Below, piece by piece: positions 57,996-64,000 of a DNA stretch of 64,000 bases. The stretch covers positions 1 to 64,000 of the forward strand of contig JBGASG010000008.1 of assembly GCA_044229845.1 (NCBI GenBank), given 5' to 3'. The translations under genes were made by a program, and so were the position numbers. Position 1 is the first letter of the stretch; every line of letters starts with the position of its first letter. This DNA is from Candidatus Obscuribacteraceae bacterium (GTDB taxonomy: Bacteria > Cyanobacteriota > Vampirovibrionia > Obscuribacterales > Obscuribacteraceae). A model generated the notes under the pieces. That model was not told the origin of the DNA. It did not search any database and was given only the letters and a program-made list of their open reading frames with translations.

Positions 57996-60866
57996 ATGTT
58001 CAATAAAAACGTACTCGCCCGTTGTGCCGCCGTCTTGTTGCTGGCAGCCAGTATTGGTGTCACCTTTGGTGCACCGACGACACCAGCCAAGCAAATGAGC
58101 AACGAGGAAGTGCTGGACAAGGTTTTCGAGTTCACTGAACGTCAAGAAACAACCGGCAGCATCGAAACCGTACAGAAGCTGCGCAAAGACGCGCAAGTCT
58201 TTGTCGGCAAGAAAGACCTCGAAAAGGCGCTGGCCAAGCTGCAGGAAGCTTACGGTCTCTGCAAAGACATGAAGTACGCCGATGGTGAGGGTCAAGTGCT
58301 CACCGACATGTCGGCGATCTATCAACAGCGCGGGCAAATACCGCGCGCCAAAATGCTCTGCGAAAACGCCGTCGAAGTCCTCTCTGACTCAACTGATAAG
58401 AAAGCCTTGGCTAAGGCCCGTGTGGTGCTGGCAGAAGTCTACTTGGCACTCGACAACCCGACATGGGCAGTCGAGCAACTCGGACTCGCCCTTAAGTGTA
58501 TGGAGAGCATCAAAGACGTAGACGGCGCCGACGCCGGACAGGTGATGCTCACCGCCGCCGAACTTGCGTCGCGACTCGGACAGTCCAAAGAAGAGATTCA
58601 GTTCTTGAAGGGCGCCGCGACTTTCTACGGACATTCCGGAGACAGCGCCCGCGAAATCGGTCTGCTCAGCCTGCTCGTTAAACGCTGTCAGATGCGGGGC
58701 TACTTCACCGCAGCTTCGGAAGAAGCCCGCAACGCCGTGGTCGCCGCTCGCAAATCCAAGAGAACCGACCTGCTGCAAAACGCGCTCATATTGTTGGGCA
58801 ACTGCCAATATGACTTGTGCGAGTTCGCAGCCTCCCGCAAGTCGTTTGAAGAGGCATTGAAGGTCAGTTCCACCGGCAATAACAATGCGGTCGTCACCGC
58901 CAACAACTATATCGGTTATGCCTATGCTCTAGCCGCGACGGGAGACACCGAGCAAGCCAAATCCTATCTTGAGAAAGCCTTGACGGTTTTGCGCAAGGAC
59001 AGAGGATCGGCGGAGCAGACTGCCGAAGCCCTCAACACGCTCGGCATCATTGACTCCCTGAAAGGACGCCACGCAACCGCCCTCCAGTCCTTGAGAGAGG
59101 CATTGGACATTCAAGGTGTCACAGGCAAGAATCCGAGACCCGGCATTCTCACCACCATCAATCTGGCTTCAGCTGAGGCTCGAGCCGGCGAAAATCGCAA
59201 TGCGAAGAGCCACTACTTGGCGGCTCTGAATGCCTGCAACTCGAAATCATTCAAGGATGTCTACACACAATCACACATTCTTTGCGCGCTGGAAGAGGTT
59301 TGCTTGAACCTCAAAGAAATCGCGCAAGCCCAAGTGTATGCGGACGAGGGCATCAAACAGAGCACGGCATTGAACGATGACTCGGCCCTGTGGCGGCACT
59401 ACAGCAATAAAGTGCGCATTCTGAACGCGCAAGGATTACCATCTAAAGATGCATTGGTGAGCGCCGTCAGTTTCTTCCGCTCGCCGCAAGCCGGTAAGTT
59501 TGCCGCGCCTGAGCGCATGACATATCCCTCCACCCGTGAAGAAGCTGGCTTCCAGCTGGTATCGCAACTGGTTTCCGCTGGCATGGTCGACGCCGCGCTT
59601 TTGACAGCCGAACAACTCAAAGACGAATCGTTCATCAACGAATGGCACCGTCGCGGCGGCGAAGTAAAACCGGGTGACCGCGAACTCTACTGGGACCTCG
59701 TCACACAACGCGCTCACCTGCATGCAGCAGAAAGCGTCAGCCCGCCGTCTCAACTTCTCAAAGACTGGCGCGAATGGCTGCAGCGATTCACGGCACTGGC
59801 CCGCGAAAACCGCCAGCTGGCCGCTTTAGTCGCACCGGTTCCCATCAGCCTCGCCGACGTAATCAAATCAGCTCAATCAACTCATTCCACGGTTGTCGAC
59901 TACCTGGTCGGCCCGCAGCAATCGCTGGTCTTCACCGTCGATGGTGGCGGACGCTTGATGGCGTCGAGACTGAATGTCGGACGCGATAAGCTGCAAGCCC
60001 AAGTGGCAGCATTGCTGACGGCCTCGGGCAAGGGCGACGAAACCGCTCGCGAAACCGAACGTCGCCTGCTCACCGTCCTCTACGCAGAACTGATGCCTGA
60101 GCCGGTGCAACGCGCACTGCCTCCCAACGCGGACAACACTGTCGTCATCGTTCCGGATGCGGTGCTCTTCAATCTGCCGTTTGCCGCTCTCTTGAATCAG
60201 AACGGCAAGTACTTCATCGAAAGCCACACCCTGACCCTGGCTTCGTCAATGGGTAACATCGCCGGCGTGCCGCGCTACTCGCATGACGCGTCGGTCGTGG
60301 TCGGCACCAGCGATGGTGGCGAGAGCCGCGAAGCCGAAGAAGCCACCGGTATCAGCGGCGTCTTCGAGCCGGCGCAGATCATTCGCCTCTCCGGCAAAGA
60401 AGCGCAGTTGAGCGCCATTCAAGATCAGGCAAGAAACAATAATTCGATGCTGCACATCGCACCGACGGTCAACATCCACGAGAGCAACCCGCTGCGCTCC
60501 GTTGTGCCGCTCGGTGCCGGCAACGATCCCAATCAGAAAGTGGAAGCCAATCGACTGTTTGGTCTTTCACTGCCCAGCGACCTGGCGGTCATGAGCGGCA
60601 CCTCCATCAACTCCAAGGACTATCAAGGCAACGGCGTGAAAGTATTCAGCCGCGGACTCGAGTATGCCGGAGTGCGGAACCTGCTGATGAGCCTCTGGGT
60701 CAGCCAGAGTCCCGAACGGACCACCGAGCTTGTCGACTTCTATCGCGGCACGCAATCGGGACTGAATCAAGCTCAGTCTTTGCGCAAGGCCCAGCTGCTG
60801 GCAATCTCAAAAGACCCGTCGCCTCGCTCGTGGGCAGCGTTCCAACTGGTCGGTCCAGGTAATTAA
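57996..60866 (+). CDS. Secreted TPR + CHAT domain protein, probably catalytically inactive
   Basis: Signal peptide, TPRs, IVPD..L..LPFAAL, SLW, AQSLRKAQL, WAAFQLVG; His/Cys dyad positions read LHIAPT and VMSGT. Confidence 0.88.
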   Translation: MFNKNVLARCAAVLLLAASIGVTFGAPTTPAKQMSNEEVLDKVFEFTERQETTGSIETVQKLRKDAQVFVGKKDLEKALAKLQEAYGLCKDMKYADGEGQVLTDMSAIYQQRGQIPRAKMLCENAVEVLSDSTDKKALAKARVVLAEVYLALDNPTWAVEQLGLALKCMESIKDVDGADAGQVMLTAAELASRLGQSKEEIQFLKGAATFYGHSGDSAREIGLLSLLVKRCQMRGYFTAASEEARNAVVAARKSKRTDLLQNALILLGNCQYDLCEFAASRKSFEEALKVSSTGNNNAVVTANNYIGYAYALAATGDTEQAKSYLEKALTVLRKDRGSAEQTAEALNTLGIIDSLKGRHATALQSLREALDIQGVTGKNPRPGILTTINLASAEARAGENRNAKSHYLAALNACNSKSFKDVYTQSHILCALEEVCLNLKEIAQAQVYADEGIKQSTALNDDSALWRHYSNKVRILNAQGLPSKDALVSAVSFFRSPQAGKFAAPERMTYPSTREEAGFQLVSQLVSAGMVDAALLTAEQLKDESFINEWHRRGGEVKPGDRELYWDLVTQRAHLHAAESVSPPSQLLKDWREWLQRFTALARENRQLAALVAPVPISLADVIKSAQSTHSTVVDYLVGPQQSLVFTVDGGGRLMASRLNVGRDKLQAQVAALLTASGKGDETARETERRLLTVLYAELMPEPVQRALPPNADNTVVIVPDAVLFNLPFAALLNQNGKYFIESHTLTLASSMGNIAGVPRYSHDASVVVGTSDGGESREAEEATGISGVFEPAQIIRLSGKEAQLSAIQDQARNNNSMLHIAPTVNIHESNPLRSVVPLGAGNDPNQKVEANRLFGLSLPSDLAVMSGTSINSKDYQGNGVKVFSRGLEYAGVRNLLMSLWVSQSPERTTELVDFYRGTQSGLNQAQSLRKAQLLAISKDPSPRSWAAFQLVGPGN

Positions 60867-60911
60867 GGATACTCACTCTCAACTCAAGCGCAGTTCAAGG
60901 AAATCGGAAGT

Positions 60912-62492
60912 ATGAACATGGTTAGCGCCAACATCAATAAACAGTTCATTCGAGTGACGGCAATCATCGCTGCGACGACGGTGCTTATCGGTCCCGCGCT
61001 CGCCGAGCCGCAGACGCTGACCAATACTTCCCTGCCGGTCGGCACTCTCTCCGAGAAACAGACCCGCCGACTGCTTTCCGCAGCCAATTTGAAAGCTAAG
61101 ATGCAATCGGCTATGCGCCTGGGCAAGAAACCCGCGCCGGCGGCTAAGCCGCAAGTGGCCATGACCGGCGGTGCCGCACCAGCGACGGTGGCAGAAACTC
61201 TGCGTCCGCCGATTTCCGTCACTTCACCGGCCACCGGCGAAACCACCTCGCCCGGCTGGCAAGACGATCCCGATGCGTTGCAGCAGCAGTCGGCAAATGG
61301 CGATGCGCGTTCTTTGACTCCGGCGGCAACCCCGCCCGCGACCCCTACTACCGCGCCCGCCGAGACAACTGCGCCGGAAACCCCCGCGGCACCGACAGCA
61401 GCTGCGCCTGAAGCCGGGGCCCCCGCCAGCACCACGGCGATCACCGCCACCGAGATTACTGCCGCTACCGCCACCACCAAAGTCGGCGAATTCAACGTGC
61501 CGACCCTGAGCGGCACCGAACTAATCAAGTCGGCTGACTCCGTGGCCATGAACCCGGCCATGGGCGACGCCATGATCACCTCCAGCCCGGCGCTGCAGGG
61601 CGAAGTTTCGCAAGGCGTGATCGTCATCGACAACGATGAAGAAAAGGAGCAGACGGTCACCATCGCCTACGAAGAGATGCAGACGACTGAAGGCAACACC
61701 GCCGTCAAAGCCGGCGCGCGCTTTCCGGTCGTGATGATGTCCGAGATCAACAGCAAAACCGCCAAGAAAGGCGAACCTATTGAAGCGCGCTTGAAGTACG
61801 ACCTGAAAATCGGGCCGCGTCACATCGCCAATAAAGGATCGCGCGTTCGCGGTCACCTGGACTACGTATTGAAAGCGCGCACCGTGATCGGCTCCATGGT
61901 CACCACCCAGCGCTTCTACCGCAACTCAGGCGTGCTCGGCATCGCCTTCGACGAACTGATTAACGAAAGCGGCGAACACTTTGCTCTGCAAGCCAAGCCG
62001 GCCATGATGGATCGCATCGTCAAAAACAAATACGAAGGACGCGAACTGGGCGTCAACCACAATGGTCAGGTTGCCGGTCCGTTCTCGCAGCAATTGCGCT
62101 ACAAGGCCATTCGCGTCGGCATGAACTTCGCCATGGCTCCTCTCGGTCCGCTCACCTTCGGCGCCATGCCTGTGGCACTGGGCGTCATGGGCGCCGCCAA
62201 CCCGTCGTTCGCCTTCATGAAGCCGGTCGGACTGAACGTCCGCCACCGCCGCATCAAAGGCTTTGCCTGGGGTTTCTTGAGCGGCATTCCCGGAAGTTGG
62301 CTGATCGAAGACACCACAGTGCGCGGACAGGAAGCGATTATCAAACCGGGTGATGAGTTCCTCGCCGTCTTCAAGGAAGAGTTCAAAGGCGAAGCCGTGA
62401 CAGATGCCAGCATGCTTCCGGGCGGCGGCACCAAGGTCAAAGGCGAAGTGCTGAGCGGCGTCAAAGCACCCACCAAGAAGAAAACGAAGTAA
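60912..62492 (+). CDS. Secreted protein with Thr/Pro/Ala linker and TrbI/VirB10-like C-terminal domain
   Basis: AGARFPVVM.SEINSKTAKKGEPIEARL...GSRVRG. Confidence 0.7.
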   Translation: MNMVSANINKQFIRVTAIIAATTVLIGPALAEPQTLTNTSLPVGTLSEKQTRRLLSAANLKAKMQSAMRLGKKPAPAAKPQVAMTGGAAPATVAETLRPPISVTSPATGETTSPGWQDDPDALQQQSANGDARSLTPAATPPATPTTAPAETTAPETPAAPTAAAPEAGAPASTTAITATEITAATATTKVGEFNVPTLSGTELIKSADSVAMNPAMGDAMITSSPALQGEVSQGVIVIDNDEEKEQTVTIAYEEMQTTEGNTAVKAGARFPVVMMSEINSKTAKKGEPIEARLKYDLKIGPRHIANKGSRVRGHLDYVLKARTVIGSMVTTQRFYRNSGVLGIAFDELINESGEHFALQAKPAMMDRIVKNKYEGRELGVNHNGQVAGPFSQQLRYKAIRVGMNFAMAPLGPLTFGAMPVALGVMGAANPSFAFMKPVGLNVRHRRIKGFAWGFLSGIPGSWLIEDTTVRGQEAIIKPGDEFLAVFKEEFKGEAVTDASMLPGGGTKVKGEVLSGVKAPTKKKTK

Positions 62493-62633
62493 CTTCATTG
62501 ACCGCACCGCAGCCGGTGTATTCGGTGAAACACGCGCCTCCAAGCTGTACGAGCGCCATGGCTGGAGGCTCCTCAAAGACGGCTTCAAAGCCGGCTCCGG
62601 ACATCTCTACCGCATCATGGGCAAGCGCCTTAC

Positions 62634-63980
62634 TTAGAAGGCGCCGGTGTAGGGAGGCATGCTGCCGCCGACCGATACGTTGACCGGTGCATCGAGCTGC
62701 AATTGCATCGCCAGTCCGGATGGAATGTTGACCTGCTTGCCGCGACGGAGAAACACGCTCTGCGCGACGCCTACACCACCGCCGATGGCGGCACCACTCC
62801 AGGCCCCGCGTCCGGCTCCCCGTCCGCTGCCTGCCGCGATGGCACCGATGGCAGTACCAAGTGCGGCGCCTGTGCCGGCTCCGATACCGCCACGAATGGC
62901 AGCCTGACCGGCTTTGGTCTTCCAGGTCTCACCGCGGAAGGTGTCACTCTGATCGCCGCCGGTTTCAGAATATTTCTCGATGCCACCAACAATGTGGGCG
63001 CTGATTGGCGTCTCTACTCCATCAGGAGTACGCAGCCTGTTGAACTTGATTTGAATCAGTCCGGCTCGTCCCATGAGACCGCCGCCTTTAGCTTCCGACA
63101 CCTGTCCGAGCACGGTGGCGCCGGCGGGAATCTGAGCATCGCCAAGCAAAACGTTCTGGCTGACGGTGGCTTGAATCAAGTCACCAGGTCGCGCCACATC
63201 AGTTGAAATAGAAGTGTTCAAATTGACTGGTATCACCAGTCCTGCCGGTGCGTACACGACGCGACCGCGCATGGGCGGACCGCCCATGGTCGGCTGCTGG
63301 TATGCAGGAGTCTGACGATTGAATGTATCTCCATAGGCGCCTTGCGGATAGCCTCCGCCCGGCTGACCATATCCACCGCCACCGCCGCCGTAGGCGCCAG
63401 GACCCGGTCCGCCATATCCTCCCGGCTGTCCGCCGCCGTTAAAACCACCGGCAGGTGGTCCGCCGTAGTTTTGCGCCGGCGGAGCGTAAGCTGTGTTAGC
63501 CGGTGGTGCGTATGGTGCCGCCGCCGGTGCGCTGGACTGGAACGAGCCGGTCAACTGCCCTATATAACTGTCTACCGAACCCGTGTCGGCAAGAGCGTTG
63601 CGAATGGCACTGGCCCATTTTTGCGCGAGCAATGCCGGTGTCGTATTGGCTGCCTTGGCGTTGTCTGCGTCTACCGTGGCAACTTGATAGCCGCCCAGGG
63701 TGATCACGGGCAGTCCTTTCACGTACACGATGTTGACGCTGGCCGGCGTGCGATCTTTTGTCGCCACCAGCGCATTGTCGAGATTTTTCTGGATGGTCTC
63801 CGCGCGCTGCTCGACGGTCATGCCGCCGGATGCGGAGCTGTTTACGAAGAGCGTTTGTCCGGCCAGTCTGACTGCGCCATCGGCTGCCTGCACCATATTT
63901 GGTATCACCAGGTAGCTCTGACTCATGGCCACAGCAATAACCAGGGCGGTGCGCTTCCAGTAACCAGTTGAAGAACTCAT
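62634..63980 (-). CDS. Secreted protein with Gly/Pro-rich linker and TrbI/VirB10-like domain with glycine zipper
   Basis: PAGLVIPVNLNTSIST..ARPGD.I.ATV...IPAGATVLGQV; GAGTGAALGTAIGAIA. Confidence 0.75.
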   Translation of the reverse strand: MSSSTGYWKRTALVIAVAMSQSYLVIPNMVQAADGAVRLAGQTLFVNSSASGGMTVEQRAETIQKNLDNALVATKDRTPASVNIVYVKGLPVITLGGYQVATVDADNAKAANTTPALLAQKWASAIRNALADTGSVDSYIGQLTGSFQSSAPAAAPYAPPANTAYAPPAQNYGGPPAGGFNGGGQPGGYGGPGPGAYGGGGGGYGQPGGGYPQGAYGDTFNRQTPAYQQPTMGGPPMRGRVVYAPAGLVIPVNLNTSISTDVARPGDLIQATVSQNVLLGDAQIPAGATVLGQVSEAKGGGLMGRAGLIQIKFNRLRTPDGVETPISAHIVGGIEKYSETGGDQSDTFRGETWKTKAGQAAIRGGIGAGTGAALGTAIGAIAAGSGRGAGRGAWSGAAIGGGVGVAQSVFLRRGKQVNIPSGLAMQLQLDAPVNVSVGGSMPPYTGAF

Positions 63981-64000
63981 AACAGCCTGCCTATCCCCCT

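Overview
GC-rich bacterial chromosome segment. Gene content (many membrane Ser/Thr kinases, a kinase-LRR protein, a CHAT-TPR protein, secreted Pro/Gly-rich proteins) suggests Melainabacteria/Obscuribacterales; this is inference only. (1) 1-12.8 kb, minus strand: a divergent type IV secretion-like cluster (PrgI-like, TraC/VirB4-N-like, giant VirB6-like and VirB2-pilin-like genes) interleaved with two DUF2225-like Cys4 proteins and secreted P/G/Q-rich proteins, with a shared palindromic upstream motif. (2) 13-31.6 kb: housekeeping and signalling genes (rarA, an A-B-A-B array of four coupled atypical membrane kinases, Phd/VapC TA, RimJ-like GNAT, uvrC, radA, lgt, GT87, kinase-LRR). (3) 31.7-54.3 kb: a 2.4-kaa C39-peptidase/RHS protein followed by an accessory island. 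The main observation is a 16-bp sequence AGATCACTTATCCCGG inside the RHS gene (ITYPG codons) that recurs in direct orientation at 43890 and 49728. Both later copies have att-arm-like flanks, and the 43890 copy lies just downstream of an intact tyrosine integrase and precedes an in-frame alternative RHS toxin tip. This suggests tandem integrative elements that target the RHS gene and swap its C-terminal toxin. Each unit carries an RHH gene with an oriT-like conserved upstream region. The island also holds a decayed IS110 whose bridge-RNA guides can be read from the sequence, an atypical IS66, IS3 and group II intron debris, and a HipA fusion with repeated operators. (4) 54.5-64 kb: GyaR-like dehydrogenase, glpD, an apparently inactive CHAT-TPR protein and two TrbI/VirB10-like secreted proteins. 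No rRNA, tRNA or CRISPR array was seen.
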